Positions 18,167-28,105 of a stretch of DNA of 37,346 nucleotides are shown here, one piece after another. The DNA is from Promethearchaeota archaeon. GTDB lineage: Archaea > Asgardarchaeota > Lokiarchaeia > Sigyniarchaeales > SOKP01. The notes under the pieces were generated by a model. It saw only the letters and a program-made list of their open reading frames with translations. It had not been told where the DNA came from and did not search any database. Every line of letters begins with the position of its first letter. Position 1 is the first letter of the stretch. The stretch lies in the NCBI GenBank assembly GCA_048938445.1, contig JBHLME010000033.1, positions 1 through 37,346 on the forward strand, written 5' to 3'. The position numbers were made by a program, and so were the translations under genes.

Positions 18167-19114
18167 ATGATTATAAGCATGCATTCTCATCTAATTCATA
18201 AAAACATGTGGTCTGAAAAGATTTTCAGTTCATCGATCAAGCTTATCGCAAAAGCTTTAAACCAACCAATTGAATTCGTAGAAAAGACAATGCTCCCCCA
18301 AATTACTGATGCAAATGTAAATAGATATGTAAAAGAATTGGATAACGCAGGCATTGACAAAGCTTTGGTAATGGGTGTTGACTTTGGTCTTTCGCCTGCT
18401 GGAGAAGCAAAGTGGTCAGTCGAAGAAATGAATCGCTGGGTTGCGGATCAAGTAAATGAATATCCTGATAAACTAAAAGCATTATGTGCAGTCGATCCTC
18501 GAAGAGGAGAAAAAGCAGTGGAACTGGTTGAGAAAGCAATAACTGAGTGGGGAATGGTGGGAGTAAAATTTCATCCAACAGCGGGTTTTTATCCAGATGA
18601 TCCTAACTTTTTTCCACTTTATGAAAAAATCGTGGAGTTAGGTGTACCATTACATTCTCATTCCTCTTTATTTTCTGTTCCAATGATGTCTGGAAAATTT
18701 GCTGATCCGATTTATTTAGATGGGATTGCTGCAAATTTTCCTGAATTGAAAATAGTTTTAATACATTTTGGAGGATTTGAGTGGATTACTAAATGTATTA
18801 CCCTAATGAGTGCAAGATCAAATATATATGCGGAATTTTCAGGACATCAATCTACGGTTAATTATTGGGAGAAAAGGTTTATTGAGGATTTAAACAGTAT
18901 TTTAAACATGGTAGGAGTAACCTCGGGAGCTTTTAAAGATAAAATTTTTTTTGGAACTGATTGGCCATTATTAGAAACTGTCTTGGATAGTAAGAGATTT
19001 GTTGATTGGTTTAAAAATGTCCCTGAAAAAGCCAAAGAATATGGTATTAAAATTAAGCAAAGAGATATTAGAAAAATTCTCGGTGATAACGCTCAAAAGT
19101 TCCTACAATTTTAA
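18167..19114 (+). CDS. Amidohydrolase-family (amidohydro_2) metal-dependent hydrolase
   Basis: HSH metal motif at N-terminus, GVKFHP, PLHSHS, FPELKIVLIHFG, FGTDWP. Confidence 0.9.
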   Translation: MIISMHSHLIHKNMWSEKIFSSSIKLIAKALNQPIEFVEKTMLPQITDANVNRYVKELDNAGIDKALVMGVDFGLSPAGEAKWSVEEMNRWVADQVNEYPDKLKALCAVDPRRGEKAVELVEKAITEWGMVGVKFHPTAGFYPDDPNFFPLYEKIVELGVPLHSHSSLFSVPMMSGKFADPIYLDGIAANFPELKIVLIHFGGFEWITKCITLMSARSNIYAEFSGHQSTVNYWEKRFIEDLNSILNMVGVTSGAFKDKIFFGTDWPLLETVLDSKRFVDWFKNVPEKAKEYGIKIKQRDIRKILGDNAQKFLQF

Positions 19115-19184
19115 CTATTTATTCTATAAAGTTTAACCAAGTTTATACTAAAAAAAGAAATTATGAGTCATATTGTATTAAAAA

Positions 19185-20141
19185 TTATCGTTTAATTTTT
19201 CCTGGCAAGTAAAAAGCATAATTCTTCTTAAATAACCTAATTTTAATAAACCTATCTATTTTTCTTGCGGCTTGAAAAATCCTCCACATGTTAGCATCAC
19301 TTTTATAATATTTCTGAATTTCCATTAAAGTTAGAGGAGCAATATTAAATTCAGGTATTTCTTCTTTCAGAAATTTATTTACGGATTTAATTAATCTTGG
19401 TATTAATAGAGGTTTTTCCTCTTTATAGAAATTTGCAATTAAATCAACTAACACACGCCGAAAATCGTAATATCTATCAACAGTATCTTGAAGAAATAAT
19501 GCTTTTATTAAAAATCGTAAAAATGAAGGAGTGCTCTTGAGGAAAAGAACTGCCTCCATTGCTTCTTTTCCATTAATCCTAAAAAATGGAGTGCTTGTAT
19601 CTAAGTAATATAATTTCGTTGTATCATTAACTTCAATATTGTTTGGATCATAATTCTTTATAGCAAAATTTGAAATTTGACCATCTAGTCCGAGTTTCAG
19701 GGATTTTCTCTGTCTAGAGTAAGCCCATACTTTTTTTAATTCTCTCATTACGAGTATTACTAGCGTCTTAATATCATCATTATTGATCTTATGAATTATT
19801 TTATTACATACCGAATCTGGATGAATTTTTTCTTGAATGCAATAAAATTGAATCCCTCCTTGTTCATCATTAAACCACACGGTATCATAATTAGGAATGT
19901 TTAAATTGCATTTTTTTTTTAAAATTTTATTATATTCGTTATATGCCCATACATGTCTCTTGACTTGACTTTCATTGTCGAAAATCGGAATCCTTTTATA
20001 TGCAATATTTTCATTGTCGCTCAATAATTCAAAGACGAGACTTATTTCTCCAAAACCTAATATTTTAATTGGAATTTTTCCTCTCTCAGGATTAACCGTA
20101 TCAATGTTTTTTTCCAGTTCTTTAAGTAAATCGATGTTCAT
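19185..20141 (-). CDS. DUF6206-like protein with protein-kinase-like motifs
   Basis: LGFGEISLV (Gly-rich loop), AYKR (beta3 Lys), GLDGQISNF (catalytic-loop-like D...N), YLDTSTP (Mg-binding Asp). Confidence 0.7.
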   Translation of the reverse strand: MNIDLLKELEKNIDTVNPERGKIPIKILGFGEISLVFELLSDNENIAYKRIPIFDNESQVKRHVWAYNEYNKILKKKCNLNIPNYDTVWFNDEQGGIQFYCIQEKIHPDSVCNKIIHKINNDDIKTLVILVMRELKKVWAYSRQRKSLKLGLDGQISNFAIKNYDPNNIEVNDTTKLYYLDTSTPFFRINGKEAMEAVLFLKSTPSFLRFLIKALFLQDTVDRYYDFRRVLVDLIANFYKEEKPLLIPRLIKSVNKFLKEEIPEFNIAPLTLMEIQKYYKSDANMWRIFQAARKIDRFIKIRLFKKNYAFYLPGKIKR

Positions 20142-20241
20142 ATCTGTTTTTAAAATAATTTAAGCTTTATATTATATAATGAATAACTTATTGTATATTA
20201 AAATTAAATGCATTTTGCAAAATACTTTTTAAAGAATTGTT

Positions 20242-21057
20242 ATGGCACGTCCCCTTTGGCTTGTTAACTTGGTTAAAAAAGCCTTTCCTAGCATAAAATT
20301 TTTAGCTAAGTTAACGAATGTACCAATAATAGGGAAAGTATTTGATTTTTTTCTTTTTGAAGGAGATGATATTTTCTACCTACCACAAGATAAAATCATT
20401 CCAATTGATAAAACAATTGAAACTCATGATGAATATGTTCTACCATCTCAAGTTCTAGAATACTTTGTCAAAAAAGCAAATTATCATTGGATAATGGATT
20501 TTTGTATCTGTCGTTCAAGCATGGAATGCAAGGACTATCCAATAAATTATGGTTGTTTGTTTTTAGGTGAAGCAGCACTTGGAATTAATCCACAATTAGG
20601 CAAACGAGTTTCAAAAGAAGAAGCATTAGCATACCTTAAAAAATGCCGCGAAGCAGGATTGGTACATTTGATCGGACGTAATAAATTGGATACTCAATGG
20701 TTAGGAGTAGGTCCTGGAGATAAATTGATGACCATATGTAATTGTTGCCCATGTTGCTGCTTGTGGAGGATCTCACCCATTATAAATCCAAAGATTGGGA
20801 GTAAAGTAAAAAAAATGCCAGGAGTAAAAGTAGAAGTTAATAAAAACTGTATCGGATGTGGAATATGCTCTAATGGAATTTGCTTTACTGATGCCATTCA
20901 ATTATATGAAGGATGCGCATTTATTAGTGATGAATGCAGGGGATGTGGTCGTTGTGTTTCTGTGTGTCCCCAAGGTGCAATAAAATTAACCTTAAATGAC
21001 AAAAAATACATAGAAAAAACGATTAAAACAATTTCAAGCGTGTTAGATGTGACTTGA
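20242..21057 (+). CDS. 4Fe-4S binding protein, tandem paralogue 1
   Basis: CICR....CKDYP..GCLFLG, ICNCCPCCC, CIGCGIC....C, CRGCGRCVSVCP. Confidence 0.9.
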   Translation: MARPLWLVNLVKKAFPSIKFLAKLTNVPIIGKVFDFFLFEGDDIFYLPQDKIIPIDKTIETHDEYVLPSQVLEYFVKKANYHWIMDFCICRSSMECKDYPINYGCLFLGEAALGINPQLGKRVSKEEALAYLKKCREAGLVHLIGRNKLDTQWLGVGPGDKLMTICNCCPCCCLWRISPIINPKIGSKVKKMPGVKVEVNKNCIGCGICSNGICFTDAIQLYEGCAFISDECRGCGRCVSVCPQGAIKLTLNDKKYIEKTIKTISSVLDVT

Positions 21058-21174
21058 AATATAAAGATAACTATAATTCCTTAAATAATATAATTTAAGC
21101 TTTTTATTGTTTAATGTGTAATATAGAGTATATTGAAGTAAAATCATTAAAAAAATATACATCAAGGAATTTAT

Positions 21175-21990
21175 ATGATACGTCCGCTCTGGGTTGTTAC
21201 GCTAATTAGAAAAATATTTCCAACTATTAAATTCTTATCAAAGTTGACAAACTTTCCACTCATCGGCAATATAGTTAAGATCTTCTTATTTAAAGGGGAT
21301 AATTCTTTCTATCTTTTACAAGATAAAGTCATACCGATTGACAGAACAATTGAAACACACGATGAATATATTTTACCATCCCAAGTACTAGAATACTTTA
21401 TAAAAAAATCAAGGTATATATGGAAAATGAACTTTTGCCTATGTCGCTCAAGCATTAAATGTAAGGATTATCCAATTGATTTTGGTTGCTTGTTTTTAGG
21501 AGAGGCAACTCTTGGAATTAATCCTCAATTCGGTAAACATATTTCGGAAGATGAAGCCTTAGAATATCTTAAAGAATGTCGTAAAGCAGGATTAATACAT
21601 TTTATAGGACGAAATAAATTAGACTCCCAATGGCTTGGAGCAAATCCCGGAGATAAACTGATGACAATTTGTAATTGTTGCCCATGTTGTTGTTTATGGA
21701 AAAACGCATCTATCATAAATCCTTTAATCAGTAATAAAATACAAAAAATGCCAGGAGTTACAGTAGAAGTAAATGACAACTGTATCGGATGTGGAACTTG
21801 TATTAAAGTAAAGTGTTTTGTTGATGCTATACAAATAAAGAAAGGACGTTCAGTTATCAGTAGTGAATGCAGGGGTTGTGGTCGTTGTGTTTCTGTGTGT
21901 CCTAATGGTGCGATTACATTGACCATAAATGATAAGGAGTATATAAAAAAAACGATATTATCAATGTCAAGCGTGGTGGACGTGACATGA
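21175..21990 (+). CDS. 4Fe-4S binding protein, tandem paralogue 2
   Basis: Same length (271 aa), colinear with 20242..21057 and with the same Cys motifs. Confidence 0.9.
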   Translation: MIRPLWVVTLIRKIFPTIKFLSKLTNFPLIGNIVKIFLFKGDNSFYLLQDKVIPIDRTIETHDEYILPSQVLEYFIKKSRYIWKMNFCLCRSSIKCKDYPIDFGCLFLGEATLGINPQFGKHISEDEALEYLKECRKAGLIHFIGRNKLDSQWLGANPGDKLMTICNCCPCCCLWKNASIINPLISNKIQKMPGVTVEVNDNCIGCGTCIKVKCFVDAIQIKKGRSVISSECRGCGRCVSVCPNGAITLTINDKEYIKKTILSMSSVVDVT

Positions 21991-21998
21991 AAAAAAAT

Positions 21999-23159
21999 TT
22001 AAAAGATTTCAAGAAGACCTTTTAAACCTTTCCTTTTAGGATTAATTGCATTATGAGGACATAATTCCATACAACAAAGACAAGAGATACACTTTTGTCT
22101 ATTAAATGACGGAAACATATTTGGCTGAAACTTGATGGCTTCTGCTGGACATATTTGAGCGCATTGACCACATTTTTTACATTTAATCTTGTTTAATTCG
22201 GGTATTTTTTCCATCATTCTATATGCAATATTTCCTGTAAGTATGCTAACGAATTTAGTCAAAAATTCATTAGGGACATTAAATCTTGGTGTGATTTTTT
22301 TAGCATAGTCTAAGGTCAGTCCTTTAAATTCTATTTCATTAATATTTGAAACTCCAAGTTGGCGCCTAATTGCACTTTTTATGTGAGGGACGTGAATTCC
22401 CTTGAATTTTCCAATTTCTAATGCCACGATATCTAATGCCAACTCATCTGTACCAGCTAAAATTAAATCCCATTTATTCATATTTCCTGAGCTTGGTCCC
22501 ATTGATCCGTCCATTACTAATTGTAAATCATAGATAGTCATTCTATTTGGTTTATTTCTAACTACCCATGAGAAATTATCCGCAATTACTTCTCCAAATT
22601 GGTCAGCAGTTTTCCCGAGTAAGTGAAATTTTGCTTTCAAGCCACCAGGAATAATTCCCCAATAATTTTTTATTGCACCTGTCATAGTCGCTTCGGCATG
22701 GGTTTTTAATCTAGGTAGATTGATGAGGATATCACTCTCTTTGACCATTTTTGCGATGAAGGAATCTTTTAATTTAATTGCTCCATCAATGCTTTCCTTA
22801 ATCGGTGGTTGACTTTCGAAATCACTAATTTCAATCCCATAATTTTCACAAATTTCAAACAATCCAATTTTTTTAGCAACACCAATTGCGGATTCATTGG
22901 ATTGTCCTGGTGAATCCCCGATAAGTATTTTTTCCAAGGGGATCTTTTTTTCTTTAAGATACGATAGGATTCCATCTACGAAGGATGGATTGGTACAAGC
23001 ATTTTTATTACCAGTAAGTAGATTAGGTTTTATTAATATTGAATTAGCATTTGAAAAATTAAATGTTAAATTATCTTCAATTAATATAACAGCTTCTTTA
23101 ACTGCATCTTGTATGCTTTTGTAATCTTTAACATTTACTATACTAATCTGAGTTAACAT
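21999..23159 (-). CDS. DUF362 domain + C-terminal 2x[4Fe-4S] protein
   Basis: ILIKPNLL, CTNP, IGDSPG, INLPRLKTH...MTGAIKNYWG, CKKCGQCAQICP, CISCLCCMELCP. ATG at 23159 chosen to avoid overlap with the upstream gene. Confidence 0.88.
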   Translation of the reverse strand: MLTQISIVNVKDYKSIQDAVKEAVILIEDNLTFNFSNANSILIKPNLLTGNKNACTNPSFVDGILSYLKEKKIPLEKILIGDSPGQSNESAIGVAKKIGLFEICENYGIEISDFESQPPIKESIDGAIKLKDSFIAKMVKESDILINLPRLKTHAEATMTGAIKNYWGIIPGGLKAKFHLLGKTADQFGEVIADNFSWVVRNKPNRMTIYDLQLVMDGSMGPSSGNMNKWDLILAGTDELALDIVALEIGKFKGIHVPHIKSAIRRQLGVSNINEIEFKGLTLDYAKKITPRFNVPNEFLTKFVSILTGNIAYRMMEKIPELNKIKCKKCGQCAQICPAEAIKFQPNMFPSFNRQKCISCLCCMELCPHNAINPKRKGLKGLLEIF

Positions 23160-23178
23160 GATTATCAAATAAAATAAA

Positions 23179-24618
23179 TCATTCCCAATAAACGTTATTC
23201 TTTTTAAGATTCTCAAGTCGCGTTCTTAATTTTAATGCTGCTGCTGCTTGGGTAACCTCCTTAATGCTATGAAAGACAGGAATGTTTGCAATTTCTAAGG
23301 ATTCAATAATTAACGAGTACTTTGGAACATATGGAATAAAACATATTACAGGTTTCCTTTTTGATGTAATGATATTTGCAATCCTGCGTCCTATTTGAAA
23401 TGAAATGTTAGGAGGATATGGTAATAACAATAACAATATACATTCAATTCGTTCTATATCTGAAAGTACTTCAATTATGTTTTCAATGTCCATATCCAAT
23501 ACAGAACCAGTTAAATCAATGGGATTATTAAAAGAAGCAATACCTCTTGCCACGGGATTCAAGCTTTCTTTTAATCTTTTTTTCTCATCTTCTGAGAATT
23601 GAACTGCTTTAAGACCATATTTAGAGATTAAATCTGAACAAATGACCCCATGACCTCCAGATACTGATAATATTGCCACGTTTCCATAAGTAATTGTATT
23701 ATCACCGAAAGGTTTCTTGCGTTGAGAAAGAACATCATAAACTTTTAAATATGTTAATAATTCCCCCTCACCTTTAGGTTGAATGATAAAATTTTGTTTA
23801 AGTGCTGCTGAAAGAATTTTCAAATTACCTGCAAGTGATGCTGTATGAGATTGCGTTGCAATCTTTCCTTGCTCAGTTACTCCCCCGAAAAAAGAAATTA
23901 CAATATCTTTTGACTCGCGAGCAGCTTTTAAAAAATTTCGAGCACGGCCATCTTTAAAACCTTCCAAATAAAAAGCGATATTTGAAGTTTCTTGATCTGT
24001 TTTACTGAAATATTCAAGGAGCATCGTTTCATCTACAACAGCTCTATTACCTATTGAAACTGCTGTTGATACTCCAATATTTCTCTCTTTAAATTTTACA
24101 AAAAATTGATCGATTAAAAAACCTCCGGATTGGCTAATTAAAGCCACTGAGCCTTTTGGAGGTCGAGTTATGCGTTCAGTAGGAAGAAAAATAGTGTCAA
24201 CTAAAGGAGGAGCATAAACGCCTATACAATTAGGACCTAAAACAGCAATATTATTATCGAAAGCAATTTTTGATAATTTTTCTTGACGCTCAATTCCTTT
24301 ACCTCCAATTTCAGCGAAACCACTGCTAATAATAACAGCAGCTTTTATTCCTAAATCAACACATTGCTCAATATATTTTATAGTATCATCTGCATTTACA
24401 GCTATGATAAGTACATCTGGGATTTCAGGCAATTCATCCAATCTCGAATGTAAACTCACACCTTCTAATTGCCCCCCTTCTGGATGAATCCCATATACTT
24501 TTACATTCATTTCATATTCGTTTTTTAAAAGAATGATTCGTCCCGGACTCAAGGGATTCCGCTTGCTAATACCTACTACGGCCATACTTTTTGGTTTAAA
24601 TAATTTCTCTAAATTCAT
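23179..24618 (-). CDS. NDP-forming acyl-CoA synthetase (acetate--CoA ligase, ADP-forming) alpha-subunit-like protein
   Basis: LFKPKSMAVVG CoA-binding fold, SSGFAE, LGPNCIG, ISQSGG, SHTASLAG phospho-His, SGGHG, NNPIDLTG; no ATP-grasp domain. Confidence 0.9.
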   Translation of the reverse strand: MNLEKLFKPKSMAVVGISKRNPLSPGRIILLKNEYEMNVKVYGIHPEGGQLEGVSLHSRLDELPEIPDVLIIAVNADDTIKYIEQCVDLGIKAAVIISSGFAEIGGKGIERQEKLSKIAFDNNIAVLGPNCIGVYAPPLVDTIFLPTERITRPPKGSVALISQSGGFLIDQFFVKFKERNIGVSTAVSIGNRAVVDETMLLEYFSKTDQETSNIAFYLEGFKDGRARNFLKAARESKDIVISFFGGVTEQGKIATQSHTASLAGNLKILSAALKQNFIIQPKGEGELLTYLKVYDVLSQRKKPFGDNTITYGNVAILSVSGGHGVICSDLISKYGLKAVQFSEDEKKRLKESLNPVARGIASFNNPIDLTGSVLDMDIENIIEVLSDIERIECILLLLLPYPPNISFQIGRRIANIITSKRKPVICFIPYVPKYSLIIESLEIANIPVFHSIKEVTQAAAALKLRTRLENLKKNNVYWE

Positions 24619-24624
24619 TAAGAT

Positions 24625-25926
24625 TCATTTTTTTATTTTTTTTAATTTAATTATTGCTTTTCTTATTCTTTCAGTAATCTCATCAACATCTTCTTTTGTT
24701 ATTATTAATGGAGGCATTATTATTAACGTATCGGGTTTGTTACCTGAATAATTTTGCAGAACACCTTCTCTTATTATAGAAATCATGGCACGTAGAGCAT
24801 CATTTTCATCATTAAATTCCATCCCCCACATTAACCCTCTCCCTCTCACGTTTTTAATTAAATCTGAATTATCTGTGGCAATTTCTTGTAAAGCTTTTCC
24901 AAATAAATTTCCCATTTCTTTAACATTTTCTAAAAAGTTTGGATCAGATTGAATATTTAACATCTCGAGACTAATTGCGCATCCTAAATCCGAACCACCA
25001 GTAGTTGAGATATGAATAAAAGGATCTTCTTTAAAAACTGCCTTTTCTATAAAAGGTTTATAGCTCGTGGTTGATAATGGATAAATACCCGAACTCATGC
25101 CTTTACCCAAAACCATAAAATCAGGAATAATTTTTTCATTTGGATATAATCCTCCATAGATTGCCCAAAATTCACCCGTGCGTCCAAGTCCGGCTTGAAC
25201 TTCGTCAATTATCATCATTATGCCATTATCATCACATATCTCTCGGACTTGTGAAAAATATCCTTCAGGGGCAATTAGCACACCTCCCGTTGCTGGAATT
25301 GTCTCAAATATAATGCATGCTATTTCATTAGTGATAGCTTTTCTTAAGGCATCAGCATCTCCAAATGGCACCTGTTTAAATCCAGGAGGGTTCCATTTGA
25401 AGTTATCTTTAAAGCTTGGATCTCCCGTTGCTAAAGCAAATCCAGTATGACCGTGATAACCTCCTATCGCAGATATACATCCATTTTTCTTTGTATAGGC
25501 AAAAGAAAATTTTATTGCAGTATCTACAGCTTCACCACCACTCACGCCAAATGTAGTCTTGGTAATTCCAGGAGGCATCAATTCAGCTAATCGCTTTCCT
25601 AATAACGCTCTTTGTTCCGATAAAAGCATGTGATCCCCTAAATCTAATCCTCCTTCTAAAGCATCTTTAAGGACTTGAATAATTCTTGGATTCCTATGAC
25701 CTAAGTTGAAAACTCCTCCACTTGAACGGCAATTATAAATGTCCAATTGCGGTTCTGATGGTTCAACCCCCTCCAACGACTTGATTTTGAGCCCTCCTCT
25801 TTCACCTGGAATGATTCCAAGACCAAATCCTTTAAAGAGTGTGGTTTTTGGTCCGTTCACGTGTTTAGCATAAAGTTTTAATAATTCCTTTTGAGGGAGA
25901 GTACCTATAAATTTCTTTTTCCCCAT
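24625..25926 (-). CDS. Class III PLP aminotransferase (putrescine aminotransferase PatA-like)
   Basis: FNLGHRNP, SGGEAVDTAIK, GYHGHT, DEVQAGLGRTG, LGKGMSSG (PLP Lys), PFIHISTTGG, VRGRGLMWG. Confidence 0.92.
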   Translation of the reverse strand: MGKKKFIGTLPQKELLKLYAKHVNGPKTTLFKGFGLGIIPGERGGLKIKSLEGVEPSEPQLDIYNCRSSGGVFNLGHRNPRIIQVLKDALEGGLDLGDHMLLSEQRALLGKRLAELMPPGITKTTFGVSGGEAVDTAIKFSFAYTKKNGCISAIGGYHGHTGFALATGDPSFKDNFKWNPPGFKQVPFGDADALRKAITNEIACIIFETIPATGGVLIAPEGYFSQVREICDDNGIMMIIDEVQAGLGRTGEFWAIYGGLYPNEKIIPDFMVLGKGMSSGIYPLSTTSYKPFIEKAVFKEDPFIHISTTGGSDLGCAISLEMLNIQSDPNFLENVKEMGNLFGKALQEIATDNSDLIKNVRGRGLMWGMEFNDENDALRAMISIIREGVLQNYSGNKPDTLIIMPPLIITKEDVDEITERIRKAIIKLKKIKK

Positions 25927-25995
25927 AGAATAAAAATAAGAGAAATCCTATTAAAAGTTATTTCATCAATGATAATTTAAAGATTAAAAAATAAG

Positions 25996-26466
25996 TTAAC
26001 AATTTTCGAATTTTATGCCACAACATTCACATAAAGTATCAAGATTTTCAACATAATTTAACATGGATTCATACCATTTTTTTAATAATTTTTTTAATTC
26101 TTTTTTTATTAATTCCATATCTTCTGCATTATAGACATAAACATATCCTTTTTTATTTGAATCATTCAATTTTTTATATTCAACGTATTGCTTCATTGAT
26201 ATTGATTTACGCTTAATGATCTTTAAATCAGATAAGTTTTGTAATGCTCTTTGAACAGAGCTCCTATCCATATCAAGAAATTTAGCCAATTCAGCTGTTG
26301 CTACGTCCTTATTTTTCATCATGTATCCAAGTATTTTTGATTCAGTATGATTCAATCCTAAAATGCATTTGAATAATCGCAAACTTGAAAATATTTCTTT
26401 ATTTTCAAGTATTTTATCAATTTCAATATCTTTGAACTCTTCTAACTGCTTACCTATGATTTCCAT
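25996..26466 (-). CDS. Winged-HTH (TrmB-like) transcriptional regulator with Cys-rich C-terminus
   Basis: KCILGLNHTE...ELAKFLDMDRSSVQRALQNL...GYVYVY; ends LCECCGIKFENC. Confidence 0.85.
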   Translation of the reverse strand: MEIIGKQLEEFKDIEIDKILENKEIFSSLRLFKCILGLNHTESKILGYMMKNKDVATAELAKFLDMDRSSVQRALQNLSDLKIIKRKSISMKQYVEYKKLNDSNKKGYVYVYNAEDMELIKKELKKLLKKWYESMLNYVENLDTLCECCGIKFENC

Positions 26467-26522
26467 TTTATTCCATTAATTTTATTGAATTAAAATAATA
26501 TTAAAAAAAAGTCATATAAAAA

Positions 26523-26930
26523 TTAAGATTTTATAGACTCCAAGTAATCCTTTAGCATATCATAACTCAATGCCCCTACAGCTTGTTGAAAAACTTTTCC
26601 ATCTTTTATGAAAAGGGTTGTTGGAACTCCCGTGATCTGATATTGCATTGCTAATTGGCGATTCTCATCAACATCAACCTTTGCAAATATAAAATCATTG
26701 GAGTATTCTCCTTGAAGTTTTTCGAAAATTGGAGAATAAAACTTACAAGGACCGCACCATACAGCAGTAAAATCAATAATTATGACCTTACCAGGATTTT
26801 TTGCTACCAATTTTTCATATTCATCATACGTGTGTAATTTTACAATGGAAGCAGGCATTGCCGTCTGATTCATTAATTCATTTGTTTTTTTCAACCTAAT
26901 CGTCTCTAATTCATTATCCGATTTTTCCAT
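26523..26930 (-). CDS. trxA: Thioredoxin
   Basis: DFTAVWCGPCK, KVDVDE, GVPT. Confidence 0.95.
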   Translation of the reverse strand: MEKSDNELETIRLKKTNELMNQTAMPASIVKLHTYDEYEKLVAKNPGKVIIIDFTAVWCGPCKFYSPIFEKLQGEYSNDFIFAKVDVDENRQLAMQYQITGVPTTLFIKDGKVFQQAVGALSYDMLKDYLESIKS

Positions 26931-27077
26931 TCTATTTTCACTTCATTCCTCTTTATTTATAGTTGTGTAAAATAAATTCATAACTTAATTAAAATAAGTC
27001 AAGAACCATATTTAAAGGTGTTTATTATGAAAAATAATTCATAACTAAACACTAAAAATTAATAAAAAAGTAAATTA

Positions 27078-27971
27078 TTAAATAAGACCAGCCATATCCT
27101 TACAATCTTCTGCTATTGTTATCATATCTTTTATTTTATCTCTCTCGTCATAATCTAAATTCTCAATTAATAATTTCGCTTGTTTGATTATTTCATTCTT
27201 TTTCAACCATGCTTCATGAGCTATAGCTATATCTTTCTTTAAATACGCATTCATAACGTCTTTATAATAATCATATATCTTTTTAAAGAAAGCTTCAACA
27301 TTTTCATTGATTCGTAAATTCTTTAAAATAGTACCAATATCTTCAATTTTTTCACAAAACATTCTCAAATCCATTGCTTCTAAAGGAGTAAATTTTTGAT
27401 TATCATCAGAGATGTAAATTCCCGTGCGTAAGTAGGTCCGAATGTGAGTTACTAATATGAAATAAAAACGCTGTAATTTTTTAAAATCTTGTTTCAAGTC
27501 AATATTTGCTCGTTCTAAGAGATTATCGAACATGTCACATATTAAAAATAACAACCTTTGAATGATTTTTTTTGTAGGAATTTTTTTATACCCAAAATTT
27601 TGAATTACGATTCTTTGTCGCTCTTCTTCGATAATTTCAGTATTAGGAAGTCCATCAACAAACCAACTTATTTCATTGCGGATCTTTTTATCAAATTCTT
27701 TATCAGATCTTATAATAACAGTTTCAATTCCAGATAAAATAAATTTACTCATTTCTCTTGCTACATATTTACTTGAATTGAGGATTATTTCATTTTTTAA
27801 TTCATTTTCTTCTTGTTTTAGTTTTGGAGAAATCAGTAAAGTTCCATCAGGACGGATATCTATTGCCACGGAGGATTCTTTTTTAAGGCCAAAATTTTTT
27901 GTCCATACTTTTGGCAAGCTAACGAAAATTGATCCTCCTAGATTCTGTAGTTTACGATAGATGCGATCCAT
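27078..27971 (-). CDS. phoU: Archaeal AbrB-PhoU phosphate uptake regulator-like protein
   Basis: N-terminal AbrB/SpoVT domain (RKLQNLGGSIFVSLPKVW...GL), then helical PhoU-like repeats (EKIEDIG; AEDCKDMA). Confidence 0.8.
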   Translation of the reverse strand: MDRIYRKLQNLGGSIFVSLPKVWTKNFGLKKESSVAIDIRPDGTLLISPKLKQEENELKNEIILNSSKYVAREMSKFILSGIETVIIRSDKEFDKKIRNEISWFVDGLPNTEIIEEERQRIVIQNFGYKKIPTKKIIQRLLFLICDMFDNLLERANIDLKQDFKKLQRFYFILVTHIRTYLRTGIYISDDNQKFTPLEAMDLRMFCEKIEDIGTILKNLRINENVEAFFKKIYDYYKDVMNAYLKKDIAIAHEAWLKKNEIIKQAKLLIENLDYDERDKIKDMITIAEDCKDMAGLI

Positions 27972-28105
27972 ATTTAATAATTAACTAATCAATATTTAAA
28001 CTTTTATATTAACTTTAAACATCCTTTAAATGTTTATAGATAATCTTTAAATTTTTTCGAAATCATCAATAATTCAGAGCAATTACAGATAATTGGAGAA
28101 ATTTA

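Larger units (their letters stand above)
20156..21990 (+). repeat. Tandem duplication (about 0.93-kb unit) including the upstream region
   Basis: TAATTTAAGCTTT at 20156 and 21091, 86 and 84 nt before the two ATGs; the genes align without gaps. Confidence 0.85.

Noticed and set aside
20694-21926. Two similar minus-strand ORFs containing HKQQHGQQL (20694..20897, 21525..21926)
   Set aside because: Antisense read-outs of the Cys-rich CNCCPCCC codons in the duplicated Fe-S genes
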